Below are positions 49,145 through 60,899 of a DNA stretch of 64,000 nucleotides, one piece after another (positions within the stretch are counted from its first letter, which is position 1; every line of letters starts with the position of its first letter). Source of the stretch: Selaginella moellendorffii (Eukaryota > Plantae > Lycopodiophyta); NCBI RefSeq assembly GCF_000143415.4, contig NW_003314367.1, forward strand, positions 62,001 through 126,000. Direction: 5' to 3'. The notes beneath the pieces are model-generated. The model did not search any database, was not told the DNA's origin, and saw nothing but the letters and a program-made list of their open reading frames with translations. Position numbers and translations under genes: made by a program.

Positions 49145-50507
49145 TTAAATGTTTTTAAAGTGAAGACGCCTGCTAATGACGCTGCCATAGCCCTGTATTT
49201 CGATCCAGCCATTGTAAATTCTCAGCAAGCCATGGGCACACCAGCCCTCTGGTGCTTCCAGAATGGCTTCTAGCGTCACAAAATGCTTTCCATTGATACA
49301 TGCATAGCCTCCGGAATGGTAATGCCCTGCAAAGGCGAAAATCGAGAATTACATAGATGGTAGTGTGTGAAGTTGTTATTCTTACCGCAAAGATACAGCA
49401 CAACCTCAGGACTTCCCAGCAGCGTTGACAGTATCTGAAGACAAACAAGATGATCAAAGGAGATTTACAAGCTTTTTGGCTAACCTGGTGATGGTTCCAG
49501 GCCAAATGCTTTGGTGGTGAGGAGCCAGCGACGATTGGGTGATGTCCACAAACTATGAGCTTTGTGTTGCTCCTACAAAGCCCAAAAGCTTTAGACAACA
49601 AACTGGAAATGGTCATCGTCGTCATACCTTTGTGCATCTCGGACAGCATTGTCTAGCCACACTCTCTGCTTTGAGCCAATGCCTCCATTCCAGAGGGCCA
49701 TTTGCGGGTGATCAACACCAAAAGGATGGGATTTTTGGAAATCTAGAGCTTCCTGCCATGATAAAGGATGTTCGTTCTAGTAGCGAGCTTTGCAGAACTG
49801 AGAAATAACCTTATAGTTTGGTGTGTGTTCGGGCCATTTGACACTCATATCCATCGTATCCAGCACCACCTGAGAATATAAAAAAGAAAACGCTAAAGTT
49901 ATCAAACTTTAAGAGAAATTCCTTTGGAAATGCAATGGTACCAATCTCCAGCCCGGGCACAAGTCGCGCTGGTAGTAAAAGGCCGGGATCGAAAGTTTCT
50001 GCTTTAGGAGCTCTCTGGGCAGTGACAAGCAATGGTTTCCAATCAGATGAACAGCTTCCAGATCGAGCTACAGTGTCAGACATAAGAATTAAAAGCAAAG
50101 GATTTGACTCCCAAATGCTTGTTAACCTTTTGAAGCTCAGCCAGAACGACATCAAAGTCTTCCATTGTTTTCTCCTTGGTCGTGTTCCCATCCACAATGT
50201 CGCCCAGTGATAGCATGAATCTGGTAATTGAATCGTTTAGATCAACCAGCGACATTGGAAACTCTAGCTTACAAGAGCTCGTCCTTCTTGAGATTGAAAA
50301 AAGCTATAGCTTTGGCAAGCTTTCCTGCAGCCTCTCTGTATCTCCTGGTCTTGCCATTGGACGCCACTGCGAAGGCGAAAGCACTGTATCTGTTATCAGA
50401 AGGAAGGAAATACTCACATTTGTCTTACCAATGTCAGCTTTGTCGCCGTATTGAACATCGGCTATCAGTCCAAACGAAGCTAGAGGCTCCTCTGACCGAT
50501 CTTCCAT
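49145..50507 (-). CDS. ADPRM: Mn-dependent ADP-ribose/CDP-alcohol diphosphatase-like metallophosphoesterase (paralogue 2)
   Basis: FGLIADVQYGD, RRYREAAGKL, LGDIVDG, HHP, LAWNH, GHYHSGGY and TLEAILEAP across short introns. Confidence 0.82.
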
Positions 50508-50607
50508 TTCCCTGGGTTTCCCTGTAGCTCAAAACCAAGACAAGAAAGCTTCAGGCTAAAGGTCTCATAATGAAAGTTGATTATTTGAAGTCCAGAAATG
50601 AAAGTCT

Positions 50608-51919
50608 TCACTTTGCAGCCGAGATCTGGAGCTCCCGGCTTGTAACAGTTCCATGCCCATGAATCGTGATCTTGTCCTCGTAGACACTCACAAATCCGTG
50701 GGCATGAGAACCTGTTGGTGCTTCCAGAATGGCTTCTACCGTAACAAAGTGCTTGCCAGAAACACAAGCATATCCACCAGGATGATAATGGCCTGTTGAT
50801 AGAAAGATCAGAACACGAAGTAAGGAGTTCTTGTATTTTCTACTCACCACACAGAAATAGAACCACTGCAGAACTTTCCACAAGCATAGTCGAGATCTAC
50901 AACCCGAAACAAAGTCAAGAGAGAGTTGAATGAGAGCCTGCTTTTTTGAGATTTACTTCATTGTGGTTCCAGAGAAAATGCGTGCTTGGAGCTGAGCCTT
51001 GTATCAAAGGATGGTGTTGTGCAACAATGAGTTTCACGTTGTGCCTGGAAAAATTATGGATCGGTTTTCCACAAGCAAATATTAGAGCGACCAAGACCTC
51101 TCTGCGTCAGTTAAAACTTTCCGTAGCCAGTTCTTTTGCTCTTCGCCAATCCCACCGTTCCAAAGGGACATTTGCGGGTTCTCGTCACCCAGGGGAAACA
51201 ACTTGAGAAATTCTTGAGTCTCCTACAGGTACAAATATTAATTTCAAGCAAAGAGAAGATATAAAAACCATGCTTTGTAATTTGGTGTGTCGGATGACCA
51301 AGTTGAGCTCAGATCCATAGAATCCAGCACCACCTACAGAACAAATGATATCAGCGAAAACAAGCCACTACACTTTACCAGTGCCCATTTGTGACCAAGC
51401 CTTCGTTCGTAGTAACGAGCTGGGATCTTCAATTGTTGCATGAGAACCTCTCGCGGTAGTGAAAGGCAGTGATTTCCCAGGACGTGATCTACGGGCACTT
51501 GCAACTGGAAACGTAGCTAAATCAATCAAACCAGACGCCAAAACAACTATTACCTTGCTCAGCTCATTCAGGACAACATCAAAATCTTTACTAGTGAGCT
51601 CCAAGCTCTCGTTGCCATCAATGATGTCGCCAAGGGTCAGAACGAAACTGGAACTCGAAGATTAAAACAAGAAGAAAACAATTTGGACAGGAACCCTCTA
51701 TGCTTACGAGATTTCTTCTTGTCTCGCATTGAAATCCGAGATCGCCAGTGCTAGTTTTCCAGGAGCCTCGCGATAGCGTTGACACCGGCCCTCAAAGTCT
51801 AGAAGAGGGACGAGGAAGGAATTAGTTCCAAACTTGTTAACCATAGACTTACTTCCGTCATCTTTGTCCGCGTGTTGGACATCCGCTACCACTCCAAAAG
51901 AGAACAAAGCTGTCGCCAT
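50608..51919 (-). CDS. ADPRM: Mn-dependent ADP-ribose/CDP-alcohol diphosphatase-like metallophosphoesterase (paralogue 1)
   Basis: FSFGVVADVQHADKDD, RYREAPGKL, LGDIIDGN, GHYHPGGY, TVEAILEAP, GHGTVTSR. Confidence 0.85.
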
Positions 51920-51978
51920 AGTGCACACAAAACCTAGAGAGCAAAAAATTTCGATTCACTTTAAAAACCTCTGGTTCT

Positions 51979-53794
51979 TCAAGGAGTGGCTTCCTCTGGA
52001 ACCACAATCAGAGTTGCTTGCTTGCCATAAGCTCGTTTCACCACAACTTTGAAACTCACTCCAACTTTGTCTCCCAGCAAGTCCACAATCTGAAAACTCT
52101 CGGTTCTTGGTTTGTAAAGAAAGTATGAGAAACAAGCCAACCTGGCTCACTGAGTCGATGGGCTTCCCATCAAACTCCACGATCACGTCTCCTGGTCGAA
52201 GGCCACCTTTCTCAGCTGGGGAGCCAGGAATCACCTGACAAACTGTGTGTCAAGCTTAGCATACGGCCAAACAGATGGGATTTTACCTGTGGTACCAAAA
52301 CACCCTTGGACACGTTTGGAAACGACGGATCTCGGTCCTTGAGCTGATCGATGATTGCTTCGGTGAGTTCCAGCATTTTGATTCCTAGCCAAGGTCGCAC
52401 GACATGCCTGCAACACAAAATCACAATCAGAGTACAAGCACAACAAGATTATGCCTACCCGTGCTTTTTGAGCTGGTTCATGACTTTCACAGCGGTATCG
52501 ATGGGGATTGCAAAGCTCACACCATCCGCAGCCATCGCCTTTATCGTGTTGATCCCAATGACTTCTCCATCCATGTTGAGCAGTGGACCACCCGAATTAC
52601 CCTGTAAAACTTATACCAACATTCGTAAAAATGAACACAGCAAATCAACGAATATAACAAGCCTGATTGATTGCCGCGTCGGTTTGTATGTAATCCGTGG
52701 TCGCACCATGCAAACCAATCTCGCTACTCTTTCTTTCCACTGCACTGCATATAACACCGGAGCAGGAAAAGTTTAAAAGACTACAGCTCGCAGCTGAAAC
52801 GCTTTGTCACCTGATTATCCCAGCAGTGACAGTGTTCTGGAGATGTAGAGGACTCCCTACAGCGATCACCCACTCACCTGCTCGCAGCTTTCGCGACGAA
52901 CCAATTTTGACAGTGGGCAGTGGTGCTTTGGACTTGATCTTGACCACGGCAATATCCGTTATCATGTCGAAGCATACGAGCTCGCCAGTAAAAGTACGTC
53001 CATCGTGCAAAGTGACAACAATCTGACGATACAGCATAGAAAGCGTTAGCGTATGCTTGAAAGAAAAGAAAAACATGGTTAAGAGTTTGTTTTCCACACC
53101 TTGCCTGAGTGAGAACCTCTTCCCGCCTCAGCAACAACATGCGCATTTGTCAGGATGGTCCCGTCTGACTGGATGATCGAGCCAGAGCCGGATGATCTTG
53201 CCATGAATACGTTCCTTATTCCTGGAGTTTTCAGCTGGTTAGAACTGGTTAGAACTTGCCAAGAACAAAGAATCGAAAGGGAAAAAATGCAGAAGGAGTC
53301 TCTTTTCTAAAAGAAATCCAGTCCTTACCAACATCCACAGTTATGTTGACGATTCCAGGGGCAGCCTTTGCAGCGGCGTCAGCGATGGTGTATCGTGTCA
53401 GGAAATCTCCTGTTTCGGCTCTTGATGGACGTAAGCTCAAGTCTTCCGAATAAGCAATGCTGTTCTTTCCAAGCAAACTCCACATGATACTGCGTTGATT
53501 CATCATCCTTCCAGTGTCGAGCCAGTCGAGGGGATCTACGGAGAGAGAGGAAGAAAAGAAAAAACATGAGCACAGATAAGAGAAGAGGAAGAAAACTAGA
53601 GACCTTGGTAGAGCCAAGTAGCCCCAACAGCAGCGATCGCCCCGACTTTGGCAGCGCTGCTTGAAGCGATATTGCTATGCTAGATGAAAAGAAGCGCCCC
53701 AAGGATGATCAGCGAGAGGAAATTTACAAACGAAAAATCTTACCAGGAATGTGGAGCTCACACCGCGAAGACGCGACCACCACCGGTGTGCCAT
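51979..53794 (-). CDS. DEG14: Deg/HtrA serine protease Do-like 14 (trypsin + PDZ), probably mitochondrial
   Basis: [94 protein letters not shown]. Arg-rich N-terminus [11 protein letters not shown]. Confidence 0.9.
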
Positions 53795-54310
53795 TTGTTA
53801 GACAGAACCCTAAGGAAAAAAAATGGGTTTATGGTTTACTACCAAATAGAAGAAAAAGCCAATACTATTCGCTGCTTATGAATTGGTAACTTCCACTTTC
53901 AAGCTTTCATGAAGGCCCACGGAGAACCACCCTGTAGTCTGCGCAAGATGTAGCATTCTTGAACGAAAATGAAACATGACAAGCCTGATTGATCTGCGAT
54001 GTCGATCTATAACTTCTTTTCTCCACTGCGATGCAAATCTCGAAACCCGGTAGAGCCAAGCTTGGAGAGCGGTGTTTTGAAGTTTCCAAGCGAAGAATAC
54101 ACCAATCTGATACATTAAGGGGAGCATTAGCGTACGCAAACGCATCAAGAGTTCCTTGCCTGGATCGGAGTTAAAGAGCCTCGTGTTTCGGGCGTAAGAA
54201 GTGAAGTTGCTCTCCACAAGGCGTTGTGTATGCACTGCTAGGCAAAGGATAAGTAAGAGAAAAAAAATACCAAGAGATTGCTTACCAGATATGGACAGAA
54301 AGAACTTGGT

Positions 54311-57300
54311 TCAAAGTTTAGCTACCTCTCGCATGAACTCGTCGATTTTGCCAAGAACAGCAGTCGTCTCTGAGACTTCGAAACTGCATTGTGATAGCAC
54401 CAGCTCTATCATCACTTGAAAACTTTCACCAAAAGTTTGCGCTCCTGTTCCTCCCACAGATTTCTGCTTTTCCGAACTCGTTATTAAGCTCTTCTGCTGG
54501 TGGCAAGCTTTTCGAAACGACTACAAAGTTGCAAAAAAGAAAAGAAAAGAAAATACAAATGGAAAAAAAGAAAGAAAGTAGTGTTCCGTTTTACCTGATA
54601 ATGGTCGGAGAGTGCCTTGACTTGCTCGCTCTCGAGGCACTTCATGCGAAGCAGCTCGAGGAAAAAGCACACTTCCCAGAAGTATACTTCACGACCAGGC
54701 AGTGCTGAAATGACGGACGTGATGCTCGAAGATGCAAAAGCCGAAGGAAACCAGTTGTAATTCTTCGAAATCTTGAGCAGTGAGATGAGTAGCTTCATCC
54801 TTGGCTCGACTGAGCTGCCTTTGGTGCATAACGGAAGTTCACGGGTGATCTCCTTCGCCAAGAAACAGTACCAGGGACTCTCTTCAACCGTCTGCTTCTG
54901 CTTCGCTGTGAGATGTTTGCTCGTCAATAGTGATAGCAAGCATGATGACGCGTTTATCTGGACGACGTCGTTCTCGTCAAGAACGAATCCTTGAAGCAGC
55001 AGAAGCATTGACTTGAGGGACGATGGATTGAACACAGAATCGAGGCGGGCAGTCGATACTGTCAGGTGTCGAAACTTCTCTGACAGGCAACAGAAAGCGA
55101 GAAGTCGAGGCAAATCCGGCTTGGAGTATATGATGCGGCATAGATTTTCGAAAGAGAGCGCTCCAGTTTCCTCTAGCTCTCCATTCTTACACCTGGCAAA
55201 TCGGAGGTGTCAAAACTGCATTAACAAACTTCAGACACTACTTACTGTTGTAACCACAAAAGCTGGAAAACTAGAGCAAGACACAAGCTCTGTTCATTCT
55301 CCGCACTACACGAGTCTTCCTCCAATGAACCAGTGACACGCTGCATTAGAGCCGCGCAAAACTCCTTGTTGTTAAATATTTCTGCAGCAGCGTCGGAGAG
55401 AAAGCTCAGCCCCGAGGAAAATTGGTAGCATAACAGACAAAGAAAAGCCAGAATCGAAATAGTGAGGCTGTGCTGGGAGCAGTCTTGTCTTCGAATAAAA
55501 AGATACATTGTCTGTAAACCATCCAATGTTAAAATGAAGATAAAGAAAAAGAGAAACACATTACCTGATTAACTATGTCCTGCCACAATCCACTCTTCCT
55601 CCTCGTACTTTCTGGTGTTAGTGTGTGAAGCAGCTGAACAAGCAGCTCAATGAACGGAATCAAGGTTGACGCCGGAACTTTACTGCCACAAAGGATGTAC
55701 CAATTACGCATGTTGGATATGATGTCTTTCTGATGGAACCGATTCGCAAGCTGGCCCTTCAACTCCAAGATACGCTTTAACACCGTCGTAAGCATCTCCA
55801 TGTCGTTCCCAATGTTCTCCAGAGCTACTTTGTGGAGTAGAGAGTTGACAAGAACAACGCCGTTTTCGTGCTCGACTACGCTGCAAAGTGCTTCAAGATC
55901 TGGTGTTGCATCGGCTTGGGACGATGACGCTGCACGGAACAGATTGTAAATATGGCGCGAGCATAGCGACTTCAGTCCCTCCTGAGAAAGCATCCAGTTC
56001 CGAACGGACAAGGGGATCTTAGCAGACAAGCTGACAGAAGTCTCGTTGTGTTGGATGGACGTCACGAGCAGGTACTCCGCTTCGACACTAAAAACTGCTT
56101 TCAAGGAAGAGTCCTGCTTGAGTATTGCGTACAGACTGACAACTTGAAGCAGACACTTGGTGTGCACCTGAAGACTTAATGCGTGGAGCAACACAAACTG
56201 CTCAAGCGAAGCAAGAAGCTGCTCTTGATCAACTAGTCTGCAACACAAGATCGAAGATCAATATTGCTCGCGAGAACGAAAACAAATAGAACTGGACCTG
56301 TCATGATGCATGTAGCTCGCGTAGATAATCGAGACGACAGCCGGGTGAACAGTTGGAATAAAAGCACCGCTCTGCTCGAGTAGAGCAAGTAAATCGTCAG
56401 GATCTGTAGGCAAAACATGTATGGCTGCTAAAATGCTGCCGTCCGTTTTATCATCTTCGTCAAGAGCATCGATTATTGTTGCCACGAAAGTTAGTACGCG
56501 TTTCTTAAAGATCTCTGACCTGAAGCGACCTGTGCTTGCAAACCCGAGACTTAACCACTTGTCTCTTGCCAGCCTCTCTGAAATCCCCAATGCGTTGTTT
56601 CCTGAAGCTTTGGTCTGAACAACGGCAGTCAAAAACGCAAATATAGCCTCCGCTGCGACTTCGTCCTCCAAAGCTCGTGTTCTCTCTGCTAGAAATGGAA
56701 GGAGCTTGTTTTCGAAGGTACTGAAGAAGTCCGATGTCCTTCTATCACGCTTGACTTCGAAGACAAAAGCATGCTGAAGCAGAAAGAGGGAGCATATAAG
56801 CGCCTTCGGCTGAAGAAAGCGGTCGTAGAGAATACTCGTCATTACGTTGGTTAGCATACTGAGTACACGTTGAGGAAGCGAAGAAATACTTGCAAATCCT
56901 GGCACATTCAGCAGCGCGATCATGGCCATGCAAGCAGCACCGTAAGTGCCAGACGACAAGCTCATAGCCTCCTCAACCATCTCTGCATCTTGCACGCGAT
57001 CCCCATGCTGCTGCAATATGCTGGACAATGTTGCAAATATTTGTTCTGCCTTGGAGGAGTTGACAGAACCAGGACACTCGGAAAGCCCAGCTGCTAGCAG
57101 TTGTAGAGCATCTTCCTGTACAGAAGCAAAACCCGCTCCACTTGAGTGCTCGAGAACACGGACTATAGATTCAACCCCCAACATTAAACGTTGAGAGAAA
57201 ACACGTTTTGCCGCAGAGAGTATAGACAGGGCGCGGATTGCTGTCACGGCAAGAGTAGATAAACTTTCTGGTTTCCAAAACTCAGGTCAGTCAAGAAGAT

Positions 57301-58498
57301 GACGCGTACGTGAAGGATAAAATTAGCTGACCTGATACTCTTAGGACCTCAAAGATGTAATCCGCGATGCCTTCTTCGACGAGAATAGCCAATTCCTTAG
57401 AGATATCAACGTCTTTCGGGCATATAGCGCAAATAAGCTGCAACGAAGACAACTGGACCTGGGGGTCCGATGACAATAGCGACCCCTTGATGGCTTCGGC
57501 GAAAGTTGTCACGAAATCGAGATTACCCCGACTGGAAACAGCATCGCTGTTCTGGCTCTCCTGTGATTCGTTTTCTTGGTTACGCAGCTGAAAGATACTG
57601 TTCTTCGCCAGCACAGATAGAAGAGCTTTAAAAGCACAAAATTTTCTGACATGAGCGAGCGAAAGAAAGAGAGTTCCGATAAGAAACACGTACCTATACC
57701 ATTTGTTCTGATTTCATCGCTCTCAGCCTTCAAGAGAACTGCCACTGTGAGAGTGATGATTTTCTGGAACCAGTTCGAAAGTTTGTCCATGCCACCTTTG
57801 AGACTAGAGATCCTGAATAGAAGAAAAAGAACTTCTCCTTTGATATCGTCACTACAAGAACTTTTAGTAACAACCATGCTCAGATAGTTAGGAGCCAACC
57901 ATACCAGGCATGTTGTAGAGCCAAGACCATGTTTTCCATCAAATCCTGGAATTGGATTGTGCTGGGGACGAAAGAATCCATCTTGCTATGAAGATCGAGA
58001 AGAAGCCCCATCGTGTGTAACTTCCAAAGAAAAATGGAGATAGAAATCGAGTGATGCAAGAAAAAGAAAAGAGAATGGATTGCCTACCGTGAATCGCTGG
58101 CCCTTGCTCCACACGATCGTGGACCGGGCGCCAAGCTGCATCGACACGAACGTGATGAAATCGTCGAGCAGCGCCCTGTCCTCCTCCACGGTAGATCGGC
58201 AGAGGCTGAGGATGAAATCGACCGTGGCCTTCGCCAGCGCCTCGTCATGGCAGAAGAACACCGACTGGCACAGCGGCCCGGCGAGGAAATGCGAGTGGTA
58301 GCGCAGGAATCCATCGCAAAACTCCTCGTCCTCGAGGCACCGGGAGAGCTCCGCCAGCGCGTACGCCTTGTGCGTGACGAACGACGATGGATCCACAAGA
58401 AGCTCCGCGAGACACCCCAGGCAGATCCCCCCGCCGCCTGGCGACGTCGAGAGGAACAATCCCTGCGCGTGCCCACGGCGACACCCAGCACCCATCAT
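54311..58498 (-). CDS. PRD1: PUTATIVE RECOMBINATION INITIATION DEFECT 1 (MEI1-like meiotic DSB factor), multi-exon
   Basis: The N-terminus CRRGH...GGGICLGCLAELLVDP...HKAYAL matches the PRD1 N-terminal Cys/His motif. Also AEAIKGSLLSSDPQVQ and LVEEGIADYIFEVLR, with a long helical-repeat body. Confidence 0.85.
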
Positions 58499-59209
58499 CG
58501 CATTGCCTTAAACCCTAGCAAAAGCCCTAAAACCAAGCGCGGGAAAATTCAAAGATCTTACATGTCATTACTAAGCCCTAAAAGTAGCATCATTGCCACG
58601 TCATACTACGTCACGACACGCGTCAGCAGTTAACGGAAGAGGAAACGGCCATAAACAATTTTCAATGGGGGAAGAAGAGGAAGCTGGATCTGGCGCATTA
58701 GGTCAGGGCTTGGATCCGACGATGGATCCCAATCCCACGGCGCCACGCAAGAATTTCGGCGATTTCCAGTCGCGATCGTCGGCACCATCGGCGATGATTC
58801 CTCTCGGGGTTGAAACCGCGCATCGGGCGCATTGTCATTCGTCTAATCTTTCTTTTTCGTCGCAGCAGCAGGGACGGCGGCATCGATCGTCATCTCTTGT
58901 CGTCATTATCGTGGAAGGATTCCTGTGATCCCATCGAATTCCGCGGTGGATCGTCCACGCAGGCGATTCGCCCCGTCCCCGTCGTCCATCCACGCTCGTG
59001 CAGGTACTTTGGGCTTTTTTTTCTCTAGCAAGGGTTAAGATTTAAAGGGAGGGTTAATCTAAACCGAGGGTTAGGATTTAAAGGCTCCTTTAAACCGAAG
59101 AACCCTTTTCCTTTTAAAAGTTTTTAACACCTTTTTAGCGACCTTTTCCTCAGGCCTAATATGTAAACAGGGTTTCTAACACTTGTTCTCATTCTTTTAT
59201 CACAGTCGT

Positions 59210-60688
59210 ATGGCATTTGGGATGGCGGGACCAGTGCGATGCTTGCCACCAGTAGTGGAAGCTACAAGTATCCCTCACGCACCACCTGTGATCTCCAAGG
59301 AGGTATCCGAGATCGTCAACAACATGTTGTCGGTGGCCATCCCGGCTGCGGCCGCCGCGTCCGCCCAAGATCAAAGGTTTGCTTCCCAATTCCGCTGCGG
59401 CCCAGAGTTCGCCACCATGAAAGCCCAGGCACTGGAGGCTTGCAGGAAGATCTTAGCGGAGAACGACCAAGGTGGCTACACGATCCCGGCCAAAGGACTC
59501 TATCCTTACCAGTGGAACTGGGACTCGGCTCTCGTGTCACTGGGCCTGGCCGAGATGGAGGAGGAGCGGGCATGGGAGGAATTGGACCGGCTCATGTCCG
59601 CGCAGTGGGAAGACGGCATGGTTCCTCACATCGTCTTCCACAAGCCGAGCTCGACTTACTTCCCGGGTCCGGAGATTTGGGGATCGCCCGACAAGCCCAG
59701 GAACAGCACAGGCATCACACAGCCTCCAGTAGCGGCCATCTCGGTCCGGAGGCTCTTGGAGGAGGCCAAAGACAAGGCTCTAGCTCTAGCGATGGCGAGG
59801 AAGCTCTTTCCAAAGCTTCTAGCGTGGCACCGCTGGTTCTACAGGGCCAGGGATCCGGAAGGAACAGGACTGGTTGCGACGATCCATCCTTGGGAGACGG
59901 GGATGGACAACAGCCCCGCTTGGGACGAGGCGCTCGCTCGAGTTCCAATCGACGACATACCTCCCTACGTGAGAAGAGATTTGGGGCACGTAGACGCGAA
60001 GATGAGACCACAGAAGGCCGAGTATGATCGCTACCTCACGCTGCTCTATCGATTCCGCGCGCTCGACTATGACGAGGCCAAGCTCTACTACGAGACGCCA
60101 TTCAGGGTGACGGACCTTTGCACGAACTGCATCCTCCACAAGGCAAACGAGGACCTCTTGTGGCTGGCGGGCGCAACCGGGGCGTGTACGGATGAGTCGG
60201 AGATCCGCGGCTGGACGGCCCGGGCCAACGTGGCGTTTGATACGCTGTTTGACGTGGAGGCTGGGCTGTACAGGTGTAAGGATCAGCTGACGGGGCAGTT
60301 CTTGCCGGCTGCTACGTCGGCGGGGTTCTTGCCGCTGTTTGCTGGCGTGGCGTCCGGGGAGAAGGCCAGCGCGGTGGCCCGGACTTTGGGCCGGTGGCTG
60401 GACGACGTGGCGTACGGTATCCCCAGTTGTGACCCGCGGGATCCCTGGTTTGAGGCACTTCGCTACTGGAGAGGACCGGTTTGGCTCATTGTAAACTGGA
60501 TGGTGTCGGAGGGGCTCAAGAGGTATGGGTACGGGGAGCTGGCGCAGCGCGTGGAGAGGGATAGCTACGAGTTGGTTAAGAATGGGGGGATATTCGAGTA
60601 CTATTGTCCTTTGACAGGCATGGGCGCGGGTGGCGGTTGCTTTTCATGGACAGCTGCAATGTGCCTCGCATGGTTGTTTAAGTCATAA
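59210..60688 (+). CDS. MGH: Mannosylglycerate/glucosylglycerate hydrolase (GH63 family), intronless CDS
   Basis: YTIPAKGLYPYQWNWDS, GMVPHIVF, GITQPPV, HPWETGMDNSPAWD, YWRGPVW, FEYY, FSWTAA. Start at ATG 59210 or 59222, after the acceptor at 59205. Confidence 0.93.
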   Translation: MAFGMAGPVRCLPPVVEATSIPHAPPVISKEVSEIVNNMLSVAIPAAAAASAQDQRFASQFRCGPEFATMKAQALEACRKILAENDQGGYTIPAKGLYPYQWNWDSALVSLGLAEMEEERAWEELDRLMSAQWEDGMVPHIVFHKPSSTYFPGPEIWGSPDKPRNSTGITQPPVAAISVRRLLEEAKDKALALAMARKLFPKLLAWHRWFYRARDPEGTGLVATIHPWETGMDNSPAWDEALARVPIDDIPPYVRRDLGHVDAKMRPQKAEYDRYLTLLYRFRALDYDEAKLYYETPFRVTDLCTNCILHKANEDLLWLAGATGACTDESEIRGWTARANVAFDTLFDVEAGLYRCKDQLTGQFLPAATSAGFLPLFAGVASGEKASAVARTLGRWLDDVAYGIPSCDPRDPWFEALRYWRGPVWLIVNWMVSEGLKRYGYGELAQRVERDSYELVKNGGIFEYYCPLTGMGAGGGCFSWTAAMCLAWLFKS

Positions 60689-60899
60689 GAGATTTGTGAA
60701 GATGGCAATTATATCAACGTTATCACCATATCATTGTCTTTTAATTTAAACATCTGTTAAAACATAAACATGTTGATTGATTTGTTAAGTCATTGTCTTC
60801 GAATCTATCAAATGAAACTAGGCAATTCTAAGAACTTAGAACTCAACTTCTTGCCACTAAGAACTTTGTGTCAATTCTAGCTAGCAAACATCAAGCTTA

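Noticed and set aside
50280-50310. Suspected frameshift in ADPRM paralogue 2
   Set aside because: Counting the homopolymer (6 A) keeps the frame AIAFFNLKKDEL, so the gene appears intact here.
53876-54290. 119-aa ORF between PRD1 and DEG14
   Set aside because: No ATG start or recognisable motif; more likely the PRD1 3' UTR (with an intron) or the DEG14 promoter.
38682-58498. Reproductive gene cluster (CFAP57 + PRD1)
   Set aside because: The two genes are separated by unrelated genes and act in different generations (sperm versus meiosis); no shared regulatory signal is seen.
59239-60139. Overlapping alternative-frame and antisense ORFs within MgH
   Set aside because: An expected by-product of high-GC coding sequence; no recognisable motifs.
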